DNA from: Octopus sinensis
Lineage: Eukaryota
Direction: 5' to 3'
Assembly (NCBI RefSeq): GCF_006345805.1
Contig: NC_043006.1
Coordinates: 57,474,001 to 57,538,000, forward strand
DNA: 64,000 nt
Positions 25,540 through 39,658 of the stretch are shown piece by piece. Every line of letters begins with the position of its first letter. Positions within the stretch are counted from its first letter, which is position 1. The translations under genes were made by a program, and so were the position numbers. The notes beneath the pieces are model-generated. The model made no database searches. It had not been told where the DNA came from and saw only the letters and a program-made list of their open reading frames with translations.

Positions 25540-26652
25540 TATAGTCCGATTTGAATTTTATCTTCTACGGAATGAAGAGCAAGCTTTCTATCATACTCTC
25601 AATTTTGTTCAACTTGCGCCGCAGGGTCTCAGAGGAGATAGTGTTAGTTGAAGGCTATCAAACCTGCCACACACAGACAACTTCAGCTGTGAACTTCCAA
25701 ATCAGGAAAATTCAGAGTGATCAACTAGTTCAAAGTCACAGTCATGCACAGCAGCCATTGAAACCAAGGACTTGTGTGCTGGAGCATTGTCTTTGTGAAA
25801 CAAGATCCCCTTTATTAGTTTTTCTGATTGTTTGGTCTTGATAGACTTTTGTAACTGCCTCAGCAAGTTGGCATAGTATTCTCCATTGATGGTGTGACCC
25901 TTTGGAAGTTAGTCAATAGAAATACAATGCCTTTTGCATCTCCGAAAAATGAGGCCATCACTTCTGCAAATGAAACAGTCCTGGCTTTCTCTGGAGCAGA
26001 TGAGGTGTGTTTCCACTACATTGATTGTATCAGTATTGAAACCAATACTCTTCCTGTGTTAGGAAACGTTCAAGGAAACCAGCTGGATCTGCCTTAGATT
26101 TTTCAGTGATATGATCAGGTGTCTGAAGCTGTGACACCCACTGAGCAGAAACCTTTGTCGTATCAAGTTCATTGGGCAGAATATTCTCAACTCTCTCACA
26201 GGATATACAAATAGCATTGGGTATTTGATTTATAGTCAATCGCCTGTCATCCATCACCATGAACGTTTTCTTTGGGTGGTGGCAGTTGCAGGACGTCTCG
26301 ACCTTGGGTCATCTTCAAGACTCTCTTTTCCCATCCTGAATTCAGCTGCCCATTTTTACACAGTTGATAAAGCTAGAGTATCATCCCCTAATGTAGCAAC
26401 CATGCCAACTTGAATGTCCTTGGGGGCAAAACTGTTTTCTGGAGGCATTTCATCACACGACGATGTCATATTTTGTCGATTTTCATGAGAAGTCGCTACT
26501 AGTTACTCTTGAAGTCTTCTTTGAACAGTCAGAGGTGAGTCTAATAACAATGCAGTTATTAATAAGTGTTGAAATTAATGCATACAAGGTTTCATAGCTC
26601 TAGCCTCACTCCTTCATTGATAGCCTGTGAACTTTTTAGCCAACCCTTGTGT
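25540..26652 (-). mobile_element. Degenerate mariner transposon
   Basis: DRRLT..I..., KVSAQWV (WVP motif), FLTQEE.W and FHKDNAPAH on the minus strand. Mariner-type TIR ACAAGGGTTGGCTAAAAAGT near 26650. Confidence 0.75.
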
Positions 26653-27129
26653 GCGCGCCGTGTCCTTCCTCCTCCTCCATCTTCCTCCATCATCATCATC
26701 ATTATTATCATTTAGCATGAGTTAGATTTGACTGAATTTGGTAATCTGGAGAGCTGCACCAGGTTCCAATCTGATTTTGCATGGTTTCCACGTCTGAATG
26801 CCCTTCCCATCGCCAACTATTTCAAGAGTGTAATGGGTGCTTTTTACGTGCCACCACCACGGGCACCAGTTACGTGACACCGGCATCGGCCACCACTACG
26901 ATTTCACTTGGCTTTAGTCTTCTCAAGCACGGCATATCGCCAAAGGTCTCTCACTTATCACCTCTGTGAGACGCAACGTTCGAAAGGTGCTTTTTACATA
27001 CCACCGGCACGGGTGCTTGTTACGTGACACCGGCACCAGCCACAACTACAATTTCACTTGGCTAGACGAGTTTTCTCAAGCACAGTATATCGTTAAAGGT
27101 CTCGGTTACTTGTCATTGCCTCCGTGAGG

Positions 27130-27660
27130 CCCAACGTTCAATGATCATGCTTCACTACCTCGCCCCATGTCTTCCTAGGTCTCCTTCACAGAGATCAGCA
27201 TTTTTTTACACAGCTCTCCTCGTTCATACGCATCACATGATCATATCAGCGCAGTCTTCTCTTGAACACCATACCTGATGCCCCTCATGTTCAGCTTTTC
27301 TCTCAAGATGCTTACACTTTGTTGTACATGCGCACTGGCATTGCACTTCCAACGAAACATACTAGATTCATTTCTTTCAAGCCTACGCATGTCCTTGACA
27401 GTCACAGCCCATATTCCACTGCCATGTAGCATGGCTGTTCACACACAGGTTTCATACAGTCTACCTTTCACTTTGAGGGAGAGGCCTTTCTTACCTAGAG
27501 AGGTAGGCGCTCTCTGAACTTTGCCTACCCTACTTTTATTCTTGTAGCTACGCTCTCGGAGCATCCGCATCCACTACTAATTTCGTCACCTAGATAACAG
27601 AAGTCATCAACTACTAGCTTCCCCCACTGGCATTTGTTGAAGTCTATTTTCTGTACGTTT
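27130..27660 (-). mobile_element. Degenerate RTE LINE fragment
   Basis: MLHGSGIWAV...RRLERNE.SM.RW, typical post-RT region of RTE elements. Confidence 0.7.
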
Positions 27661-28279
27661 TTTAGTGTTTACAGTACCTGTGCACCTTCCACACGCAAAA
27701 ACTAATTTCCCTGTTAAACTTCCTCTGATATTACTGCACCTCTTATGTGTTCATAGCTTACACCGAGTACATCTTATAGAGTTTCTACCTACGCTTTTTC
27801 TACATTTCGAGCGAGACAATGTACCTGAAGGAACTTGTGATTTATCCGCTTTCCTACTTTCTCAGACTGGTTTTTGCTTAATTAACTCCAAGGCTCTTTG
27901 ATTCTAGGACCTTGCTTTCATACCTGAAATATCTTCATTAGTTCTGGAAGTGATTCGGTTATAAGAGCTAAGTCATTAGTATAGAGAAGCTCCCAGAGGC
28001 AGCCCATCCTCTGTTATTACCTGGAGGACTATGATGAACAAGAGAGGGCTAAGGACTGATCAAACTTTTTTATTTGTTGATTAACAAGTCTACTATGGGT
28101 TTCATGTTGAGAATTCTCAGAAATTATTAAGCCTACCATATAGGATGTTGGTTTTTGTCTCCATCTTGGATTAGAATACAACAAAGCTACACGAGACAGC
28201 GGAATTTTGATTAAAGGAAATAATATAACATCAGGGAATTCAACTCCTAATTGTTATCTCCCTTGCATTAGTTCTAACC

Positions 28280-28470
28280 TGAAAGACCACAACCAATTTT
28301 ACGAAAAAATCCAGCTGTAGATCAAAGCAAAATAGGTATCATTAGCAAATCTATGATAGACAACATCATATGACACATCAGAGCCCCTTCAAACCTTAGG
28401 CAATGGATATGTAACAGCGCAACAAAGGATTATTCGTCTGTGGCAAGAAAAAAATGATTTATTTATCAAC
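28280..28470 (+). mobile_element. Heavily degenerate Penelope-like RT remnant
   Basis: LKDH...IGIISK..ID.I-like residues across stops and frameshifts. Confidence 0.4.
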
Positions 28471-31400
28471 GTCTAAAAAGCTCACCTTGAATACTTTCCT
28501 CTTCACTGTCCTGTGTCCTGGGGCACTAACAACATAAGCAGCTCCTGTGCACCAGATCTTTCTGATGCTTGACCATCTTTCAGAAGACTTCAAACTCTGG
28601 ATGTCAATACCTATTTCTTTACTACCCACAAGGGGCTAAACACAGAGGGGACAAACAAGGACAGACAAACGGATTAAGTCGATTACATCGACCCCAGTGC
28701 GTAACTTGTACTTAATTTATCGACCCCGAAAGGATGAAAGGCAAAGTCGACCTCGGCGGAATTTGAACTCACAACGTAACGTAGACGAAATACCGCTAAG
28801 TATTTCATCCAGCGTGTTAACGTTTCTGCCAGCTCGCCGCCTTTATGTCAATACCAATTGTGCTGAAGTCCCCGTCCCATCGTATAGTCACTGCCAAAGG
28901 AGATGTGCTTTTACAACTGCTCACTTCAGTATGCTGGATCAGAGAAGTATCATGTAGTTTTGGGTTAAGTAACTTATATGATTACATAACAGCTGCCTTT
29001 CCCAGATAAACTCTACAATTCCCAATCAAAACAGGAATTGTAGGCTAAATGATGAGGCAACTGGCTATCGTTACAGCATTATGTGCGCCAAAATTCAGCC
29101 AGCGCTCAACAAACTGTTAGAATCGGAAACATCTGTGCTCTTATGGGAATTGTGCTCCGAACTAGCGTCGGACCAGGGATATAGTGCTTCAATGTTAAGA
29201 TTCAGAGCAAACTCTACGCTCTTCTTGTATTGCAGTGATTGATCGCAAGTATGAAGAAATTTTTACATCCGTAAATCGGGTCTCGATGATTTCTCAAAGG
29301 GATCAGACCTTGTGAGCCATAGGGTTTGCAGAGTTTACAAAGAAGTTTGAAGATGATCGTTGAAATATTTTCGACGTTGTCATACTTCAAAGTAATCCAT
29401 TCAGTGAGTGAAAACGCGTGGCTTAGTGGTTAGAGTATTCAGGTCACGATCATAAGGTCGATAGTTCGATTCCCGGTGACATATTGTGTCCTTGGGCAAG
29501 ACACTTTATTTCTCTTTGCTTCAATCCACTCAGTTGGCAAAAACGAGTTGTACGCTGAATCTCCCGGAGAACTACCATAAGGGTACGCGTGTCTGTAGAG
29601 TGCTCAGCCACTTGCACTTTAATTTCACGAGCAGGCTGTTCTGTTGATCAGATCAACAAAGAACCCTCGTCGGACAGCCAAGCTATTCAGTGAATGCTGA
29701 AATAAAGGCGACAGTCAATATCTTAATGGATTTCATAATCAAAGTAATTGGAGACTATTAAGAGACTTCTGTGTCTGAGAGAAAGGCGTATATAATCCAC
29801 TTGTAAATCTAGGTCTCCTATAATAATACCACATCTTCAATGCGGCATACATATCCATTTCATTTATTCAAGGATAAAGCATTGATCTTGAAATAATGAT
29901 TAAAACAAGAAAATAGGTTAAAAGAAATAACAGAGGTGACCATGCAGAGACAGGAAAACTTGTACATATAGTTAGAGAGGTATGTCGGGTCAAGTCCATT
30001 AACGTTAGGGCTGACAAATGGTACTGTAATACTAAATAGTTTTTTAAAGGAAGCACTCCGTCGGTTACGACGACGAGGGTTCCGGTTGATCCGATCAACG
30101 GAACAGCCTGCTCGTGAAATTAACGTGTAAGTGGCTGAGCACTCCACAGACACGTGTACCCTTAACGTAGTTCTCGGGGATATTCAGCGTGACACAGAGA
30201 GTGACAAGGCCGGCCCTTTGAAATACAGGTACAACAGAAACAGGAAGTAAGAGTGAGAGAAAGTTGTGGTGAACGAGTACAGCAGGGATCACCACCATCC
30301 CCTGCCGGAGCATCGTGGAGCTTTTTAGGTGTTTTTTCGCTCAATAAACACTCACAACGCCCGGTCTGGGAATCGAAACCGCGATCCTACGACCGCGAGT
30401 CCGCTGCCCTAACCACTGGGCCATTGCGCCTCCACGATACTAAATAGTAGTAGGTGGATGACTGTCAACACATTTTGGTTACACCATTCGCCCATTAAGT
30501 AGAATGCGTTAAGAGTCAAACGACATTTCTGTACTGTTAGCTAATTTTGGTTTTAAATGCTGCGTGGCCTCGAGGCACTAATTTTGTAATATTGATTTCA
30601 AATTTTGGCACAAGGCCACCAGTTTCGGGGTAAGTCGATTACATCGACCCCAATGTCTAACTGGTACTTATTTTATGGACCCCTAAAGGATGAAATGCAA
30701 AGTCGACTTCTGCAGAATTTGAACTCAGACCGCAAAAGACAGGCGAAATGCCGTTAAGCATTTTGCCCCAGCTTGCTGATGTCTTCTTCCAATCAGGACT
30801 CACGCCATTAGCCACGGTGGCTTTTGACGGGTGGAGAGCTGAACCATCCTGGGGTACAGAGGATTCGCAATCTAGACTAGGATTCGTAATCTGAAAGTCT
30901 ACCACACCATGGTTCCTCTGCTTTGTGGCAGAAGTAGAAAGAAAGAGTGAGAGAAAGTTGTGGTGAAAGAGTACAGCGGGGTCCCTACCCCACCCGCCGG
31001 AGGCTCGTGGAGATTAGGTGTTTTTGCTCAATAAACACTCAATGCCCGGACCGGGAATCGAAACCGCGTTCTTACGACCGCGAGTCCGCTGCCCTAACCA
31101 CTGGGCCATTGCACCTCCACTGCATGCTGATGTTACTGCCAGCTCGCAGCTTTCTGCTTTTCTAATAATGAGGATGGTTGAAAATATGCCCAACCAGTGG
31201 TTTCTTTTGAGGTCTTTGCTTGAATCGTCGGCCTCCAAGTTCCCTGGTGGCTTTGTGCTACTCTGTACAAGATTTAATATGGAGGGCTTCTAGAGTCGGA
31301 TAGAAGGCTACCAGTGATTGAGAGGGTTGTTTCATGAATCGTTGTGGATACTTCATTATATTGTTAATAGAAGATAAAATAAATGGTAAAACAGGAAAAT

Positions 31401-32044
31401 AATACTCAGAAGTAGGTAAGTGAATAATCACAAGAATTGGACAGACTCAAAAAGAATGAAAGTATTAGGAGGGATAGCAGGCAGTACTTATGGTGATGCT
31501 AGCGAAAATGCATATACTACTGCGAATGAGCATTTGCTACAAAGAATATACATATATTATAGTGAATATACATACACTATGGTGAAAATACAAGTACTAC
31601 AGCAATTACTTTACATCAAATATACATAGAGTTTGGAGAAAAATGTAAATTCATTAGAGAATATATATACACTACGGCGAAAGGATGAAAGGCAAATCAG
31701 TACGTGTATATACGTACTGATTTCAAATTTTGGCACAAGGTCAGCAATTTCCTGTGAGTGGGTAAGTCGATTACATCGACTCAAATGCTCAATTGGTGCT
31801 TATTTTATTGACTCTGAAAGGATGAAAGGCAAATCAGTACGTGTATATACGTACTGATTTCAAATTTTGGCACAAGGTCAGCAATTTCCTGTGAGTGGGT
31901 AAGTCGATTACATCGACTCAAGTGCTCAATTGGTGCTTATTTTATTGACCCTGAAAGGATGAAAAGCAAAGTCGACCTCGGCGGAATTTGAACTCAGAAG
32001 AACGTAACGGCAGACGAAACACCGCTAGGCATTTCGCCCGGCGT

Positions 32045-32460
32045 GCAAGCGTTTCTTATTTCTTTACTGCTCACAAGGGGCTACACACAGAGGGGACAAA
32101 CAAGGACAGACAAACGGATTAAGTCGATTATATCGAGCTCAGTGCGTAACTGGTACTTATTTAATCGACCCCGAAAAGATGAAAGGCAAAGTCGATCTCG
32201 GCGGAATTTGAACTCAGAATGTAACGACAGACGAAATACCAATTTCTTTACTACCCACAAGGGGCTAAACACAGAGAGGACAGACAAAGGGATTAAGTCG
32301 ATTACATCGACCTCAGTGCGTAACTGGTACTTAATTTATCGACCCCGAAAGGATGAAAGCCAAAGTCGACCTCGGCGGAATTTGAACTCAGAACGTAACG
32401 ACAGACGAAATACGGCTACGCATTTCGCCCGGCGTGCTAACGCTTCTGCCAGCTCGCCGC
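32045..32460 (-). mobile_element. Nin-domain-like tRNA SINE family D (tandem dimer); further copies 14035-14425, 28615-28840, 30610-30775, 46760-46950, 47270-47645 (-), 35665-35810 (+)
   Basis: GCCTTTCATCCTTTCGGGGTCGATAAA..AGTACCAG central domain on the minus strand; tRNA-like head GGCGGCGAGCTGGCAGAA...GAGTTCAAATTC. Confidence 0.7.
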
Positions 32461-33015
32461 ATTAGCACGAGCAGATGAGCGGGACTGTGCTAGTGGCTGC
32501 AAGTTTCACATCGAGAGTTCGACGTTAACCACAAAGTAATCATATGGCTAAACTCGCACTTGTATACGTATTAAAAAGTGTATTGCTTTCCCATATTAAA
32601 ATATTGAGTAATGAAATCGGTTCAATCTTTTTGAATAACCTTGTATATACTGTTTGTATATTCTTTTATTCTTTTACTCGTTTCAGTCATTTGACTGCAG
32701 CCATGGTGGAGCACCGCCTTGAAGGGTTTTAGTCGAACAAATCGATCCCAGGACTTAAGCCTGGTACTTATTCTATCGGTCTATATATATACATACATAC
32801 ATATATATAATTATAATTTAGGGTACGCTGAAATAGCAGTCAAAACCTGACTCTAAAGCCACATTAAATGTTCATATAGCACCAGGATAGAAGACAGAGA
32901 GACAAAATAAACTAGCAAAGAAATTTTATTGGATAATTCCAGATCCTGGATTTCTGGCTTTGCATAAGAGATGCACTGCCTTCTTCAGTGGTATGTACTC
33001 AGATAGCACATAAAT

Positions 33016-33046
<31 letters not shown>

Positions 33047-36000
33047 CAACATACGATATACTTACATATACGAACGTCTATACATACATGTAACGAACTT
33101 AGTGTGAGTGAATATCTTGTCTTGTACTTTCGGGGTACAAGAAAGCAATCACTCACTAGCCGTTGCTTTAATAATCCAGAATTCTACTAGTCAGAAACAA
33201 CAAGACGCAGACGTAAAATATATATATACTACTTTATTCTCTTTCTTGGTAACAATAACAATAAGTGTGTTATCTGATGTCCTTGGTTCGGGGCGCGCAA
33301 GGCTGAAAGTAAATCGATTGTAATATTTACAATGTCCAGCCGCAAAAACAGAAACGGACTCAAGATGGCGTCGAACAATGGAGACGATGTTGGTCTGCAA
33401 CAATTTGGTTAAAGGCCTTTTGGTAAGGACTGCTAGAATCAGTTAGAACGGAGAGAAAATATTAACGTCCTGCTCCTTAGGTCGCTGCTGTCCCAAGTCG
33501 CCGCTTGCTGCTGCTAGTGGTCAAACGTTCTACGATCCCCCTGCCTTGGCCAGGGTCGTGCTTCCGGTGGTTCGCGCATGCGCGCGAGGGCCCTTCCTTT
33601 CTGTGCCTTGGTAAAGGCACCAACACGCGCGAAATACAAATGGACGGTGCGAGAGCGCGCACCGCTATAGGATCACTACAGATATGCACGTATGTACACG
33701 ACCAGTATATATATGATGGGCCTTTTTCAGTTTCCGTCTTGTAAATCCACTCACAAGACTTTGGTCAGCCCGAGGTTTTATAATAGAAAACACTTGCCCA
33801 AGGTATTACACAGCAGAACTGAACCCGGTACCATATAGTTTGGAAGCAAGCTTCTTACCACACAGCCACGAACTGTGAGAATTTCCCTAAAAATGGAAAT
33901 AAGTAGTTGTGATGAACGCAGGCCCGTCGCCAGACTTTGGAGACTGGGGCACTAATTTGTTATAATGCAAAAGTGGTGCTGCGATATAAGTGATCACTGT
34001 AAATCTGAGGGTGCACCATTGAATTATGAGAGGGGTAAGTATCGTCCAGTGTACCCCCTTAACGATGGACATGGCTGTAAGTGTTTTACAAATCGTAAGT
34101 GAAAAAAAAATACACTCGAGTTCAAGGAAACTTATAGTGGATAATCTGCATTGTCAACAATTAGTTCATTACCCTCGGCAAAGGAAATAAACACGTATGT
34201 AGTGAGCAGGATTAGAATCTAAAGTTTTTTTGTGTCCTTGTGGCCTACAAACTGAATTTCTTAGACTTCGGTTCAAACTGGGAACTGGGATGAAGTCGCA
34301 GTTTCGCTTTAGCGATTATTTAGAGTAACACTTTGGCGTACATTAAGTTTAAATAAAATTACGATTCATAGAAAGTTTAAGGTCTAAAAGCTGCCAAACA
34401 TGGGTGTGTGGTTAAGAAGTTTGCTTTGTAGCTATGTGGTTCGATTCCACTGCGTGGTAACTTGAGCATTTTTTCCACCATACATTCGGACTGAACTGAA
34501 TACTTTGAGGAGAATACCATGACAAATGTTTGTACATAAACGCACACACACAAGTCTGGTAAATACGAGTAAGACTATATATATCTCTGGCAAAGGCTAA
34601 TAATTCTTAAATATGTCCGGCTCCGGGGAAACATTACTTTGCTTAGAAACAGATGAGATCTGGCGACAGGAAAGGCACCCAACTGTAGGAAATCTTCCTT
34701 AACAACTGTCGGCTAAGGTAAAGAATACGCACACCCGGTGTTTAGGGTTAGGATTTTTGTTACGCCGAAAATGGGTGGTGCGCATACTCTATGCCTCTGC
34801 CTAATTATCACCTCTTTCGTGCAATCCTGGAATAGTGAACGTCAAAATGATGATGACGATGACAAAAATGATGATGATGGTGATTTATTCATTCGAAAAT
34901 CTAATTAATAGGAGTAACACTAAGCTTCGCTGGTAAGGTGTAATAATACTGAAGCAAGTCTAAATTTCTTTATCTTACCTTTAACAAGAATTATCGTTAC
35001 ATCAAATCATTTTTTTTTTCATTACAGTTGTAATTCTAGTTGAATATTTTTATTATTTTTTCAATAATAACTACGTGTAGTGGGGTGGGGTAAATGTTAA
35101 TGTTTACCTGTGTGTCGAAATGGTCTCTCTGTGTCAAAAACGTGGTTTTTAAGCGATTCGAGATGAATAGAGATCGCTCCAATAAATCACTAACTAATAT
35201 AAATGTCGAGATTAAACTGTCTGACTAAAACCCTTGAAGGCGGTGGCTCAATAACTGAAACCAGTAAAACATTCTAATGCTAATATTAGACATTATGATA
35301 AGGTATGGAGGCGCAATGGCCCAGTGGTTAGGGCAGCGGACTCGCGGTTTCGATTCCCAGACCGGGCGTTGTGAGTGTTTATTGAGCGAAAACACCTAAA
35401 GCTCCACGAGGCTCCGGCAAGGATGGTGGTGATCCCTGTGGTACTCTTTCACCACAACTTTCTCTCAATCTTACTTCCTGTTTCTGCTGTACCTGTATTT
35501 CAAAGGGCCGGCTTTGTCACTGAATATCCCCGAGGGTACACATGTCTGTGGAGTGCTCAGCCACTTACACGTTAATTTCACGAGCAGGCTGTTCCGTTGA
35601 TCGGATCAATCGGAACCCTCATCGTCGTAACCGACGGAGTGCTTCCATCCATAATAAGGTGCAGAAAGAATCGTTAGCATGCCGGGTAAAATGCTTAACG
35701 GCATTTCCTCCGTCTTTATGTTTTTAGTTCAAATTGCCTTAGCCTTTCATTCCTAGCGGCATCGATAAAATAAGTACCAATTGTGTATTAGGGTCAATGT
35801 GATCGACTTAGCCCTCCTCCAAAATTGATGGCTTTGGGCCAAAATTTGAAATTTGTTTTAGACATTACACTTCTTACCAGGGATTTTATTTAAAAAGAAA
35901 AAGACATTCTAAATACACTTCATTCGGTTTAAATCAACATTTCGGACTTTCAGAGTGAGCCATTATGAAGTTACTCTTTTAGTGTTTTGCGAGGGGAAAA

Positions 36001-36065
36001 TAGAGATATCACTAACGCAAAAACCTCCAGTACTTGTATTCTGTAGCAGTATTATTATCAACTGT

Positions 36066-36445
36066 GGAGGCGCAATGGCCCAGTGGTTAGGGCAGCGGAC
36101 TCGCGGTCGTAGGATCGCGGTTTCGATTCCCAGACCGGGCGTTGTGAGTGTTTATTGAGCGAAAACACCTAAAAGCTCCACGATGCTCCGGCAGGGGATG
36201 GTGGTGATCCCTGCTCTACTCTTTCACGACAACTTTCTCTCACTCTTACTTCCTGTTTCTGTTGTACCTGTATTTCAAGGGGCCGGCCATGTCACTCTCT
36301 GTGTCACGCTGAATATCCCCGAGAACTACGTTAAGGGTGCACGTGTCTGTGGAGTGCTCAGCCACTTACATGTTAATTCCACGAGCAAGCTGTTCCGTTG
36401 ATCGTATCAGCTGGGACCCTCATCGTCGTAACCGACGGAGTGCTC
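36066..36445 (+). mobile_element. tRNA-headed SINE family C; further copies 30051-30432 (-), 30940-31118 (-), 35307-35646, 38807-39176, 52143-52310 (+)
   Basis: GGAGGCGCAATGGCCCAGTGGTTAGGG A box and GGTTTCGATTCC B box; high identity among copies. Confidence 0.8.
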
Positions 36446-36591
36446 CTATCTATTATTATCAACAGTCTATCAGTATTTTATTTTGGCAGAATTCTGGTTT
36501 GAGCACCTCATGTAACCCCACATTTTTTTTTATTTTTTAGTTAATGAAAGTTTTGGTAAGTGTCTGTATATTTGCCGTAGTGTACATGAGT

Positions 36592-36783
36592 GGGTGCGGA
36601 AAAGTTCTTAGCTTCAAGGGTATCTCCGTAAGGCCTTCCGAGTTCTTTTACAAGGCTTAGGAAAACTGAATAGCCGTTGCAATAAGTGCGTGAATCTGAA
36701 AGGGGAATATGTTGGATGAAATCAAAAAGAAATGATCCTCTTGTATTTTCTTTTACCCAAAGCCAGGAACTTTTCAGCACCCT
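36592..36783. mobile_element. Small Tc1/mariner-type MITE
   Basis: Inverted termini GGGTGCGGAAAAGTTC / GAACTTTTCAGCACCC. Confidence 0.5.
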
Positions 36784-37141
36784 TTGTATATATTCGCTGT
36801 AATATTTGTATACTTCAGAGAATAAGCTTACAATCTATGTATACATGTCTGGGAGGAATTCTCTTATCACATTGATGTTGCCCGTGCAGAAGGTGGTAGC
36901 CACATTGAACACTTGTAAGACAGGAAATAAAAGTTGATTGTGAGTAAATACTTGTGACTTAGCTGGAGTTTTCTATTGCTTTTCCATATTAAAATATTGA
37001 GTAATGAAATCAGTTCATTCTTTTTGAATAACCCAGTATATATAAACACACACACATTTATGTGTGACTTCCAAGCTGCAATCGTTTTAGTTTCGACACA
37101 ATCTCTTTACAGACAAGTACACCTCTCTCTCTATATATATA

Positions 37142-37654
37142 TCTATATATATAAAACTGTAGTTGTGTGAGTGTCTGTTCCCTTCGATTTAGATTCCTAA
37201 CTCCTCCCACATTTTGCGGTGCAGTTTAACCAAATTCGGGTATCTTATAGTCGTGATTCATATCGAGTCCGTCTGAGTATTAGCGCGCGTCTACGATGAG
37301 TCTACGATTTTAAAAATAATTTAACATCATTTTTTATTCCATTTTAATGCATAATTTTTCGTGTGTCGATGGCGGCGGAGTTGGCGTCCATGGTCACACC
37401 TGCACCTGTTTGCTTCTCCCCCTTCTTCCCTCCCTCGTGAAGCTGTGGGGAAGGGAGTGTAGGGAAATCAACGTCGTAAAGCGTTGTCAAGGAGACCAGC
37501 GTTCTTTTAGAACAACGACTTCATAGCTTGAAGACACCAAAACAGAAATGGCTAAGAAAGCCCGAATTGGCATTTATAAGGGAAGTAACTCTCTAAAAAT
37601 GCTTATATAGTTATTTCCCTTACAAACCCGAGCAACGCCGGGCGATACTGCTAG
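37142..37654 (+). mobile_element. Short non-autonomous Helitron, same family as 18160; immediately followed by another TC-starting Helitron-like 5' end
   Basis: Shared 5' ~200 bp and 3' ~75 bp with 18160-18553; hairpin plus CTAG end. Confidence 0.75.
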
Positions 37655-38572
37655 TCTTATATAAAATCCGTTCTGTCTGTATGCCTGTCTGTGTGTGTCT
37701 TCTAGGATCTCGGGTATCCTCCCTCCGATTGCGCTCAAATTTGATAAGTAGATACCGACGGTATCAGGGCGTGTATAAGTCTTGAAAAAATTACAAAAAT
37801 CGAGGTGAGAATGCGATAGATAAAGTCGTTTTTGTCCTGCTTTTCTTCCTTCAACCTGTACATAACTGCACCTTCCATTTTTTGTTGTTTTTGTACTGCT
37901 TAAAGGCACGTTTCTTTCCTGCCAAGCTTACTGTTTAAACCATGTTTGTGTTCTCCCAGTCAACAGCCTTATCATTACTGGTACTTTAAACTGTTCGGTT
38001 GCATATTTGTATAATTAAAATCGTTTTTCTTTGGAATAGAAAAAAAGTCTATCTTTATTTTTTCTTTTGCTGGTGTCTCAAATTTAGGTTAAATCAGTGT
38101 TTCTCAAAGGGGAGGCCTATGGGACGGTTGGACAAGTTGTTTTGAGAAAATTTGGTTTAAATGTTTGACAACTCAGCACCGTCCATTGGACGGGGGTGGG
38201 GGCGTTTTGCTCGTATACACCCCCCCCACACACACATAATTCAGTTTTGGGGATTACTAGATATGCGGGTATTCTATTTCAGATAATACAAAAAACAAAA
38301 AAAAAACCTAATGAGTATATATATATAAATGCATATATGCAATCATCAGTTTTACAATTATTCCAACACGTCTTCAGGTTCTTTTTCAAAATATTATGAA
38401 TCTAATTTTACATCCCTTTAAAAATAAGCAATAAAATAAAGTATTAAAAATAAAAAATAAAAAATGTAAAATTAGATTCATAATATTTTGAAAAAGTGTT
38501 GAAGACGTGTGGAATAATTGTAAAACTGATGATTGCATATATGCATTTATATATGTATACACACACACAAAT

Positions 38573-38671
<99 letters not shown>

Positions 38672-38678
38672 TATATAT

Positions 38679-38807
<129 letters not shown>

Positions 38808-39620
38808 GAGGCGCAATGGCCCAGTGGTTAGGGCAGCGGACTCGCGGTCATAGGATCGCGGTTTCGATTCCCAGACCGGGCGTTGTGAGTGTTATTGTGC
38901 GAAAACACCTAAAGCTCCACGAGGCTCCGGCAGGGGATGGTGGTGATCCCTGCTGTACTCTTTCACTACAACTTTCTCTCACTCTTACTTCCTGTTTCTG
39001 TTGTACCTCTATTTCAAAGGGCCGGCCTTGTCACTCCCTGTGTCACGCTGAATATCCCCGAGAACTACGTTAAGGGTACACGTGTCTGTGGAGTGCACGT
39101 TAATTTCACGAGCAGGCTGTTCCGTTGATTCGGATCAACCGGAACCCTCATCGTCGTAACCGACGGAGTGCTTCCATATATATGTATACAATTGTGTGTA
39201 TGTATATGTATTGTAATCTTCCAATACTGAAACACGCGTAGTTCCTTCATAAAAAAGTAATATAAGTGTAAACTAAAGTAGGAGATTATTAAGGAAGTAT
39301 AATATATACCCTGCTGGTATAATGGTTATATCCTTTAAGTATTATTTCGTGATGTGCAATTGGATACCATGAGTTTACTTTCAGATATACTCGTTAGGTT
39401 ATTTTATTTTTTGTATTATCTGAAATAGAATACCTGCATATCTATTAATCCCCAAAACTGAATTATTATTGACTTTTATTAGACACTTTCTGTATTTCTA
39501 GATACATATATAAATATATGATAAATATGACCCCCAAGTTACGATATGCTGATGCATGTAATGCTGAAGGGTTGTACTTGATTGATTTGGAAATTCGTTT
39601 TCCTAAATTATTTAAATATA

Positions 39621-39658
<38 letters not shown>

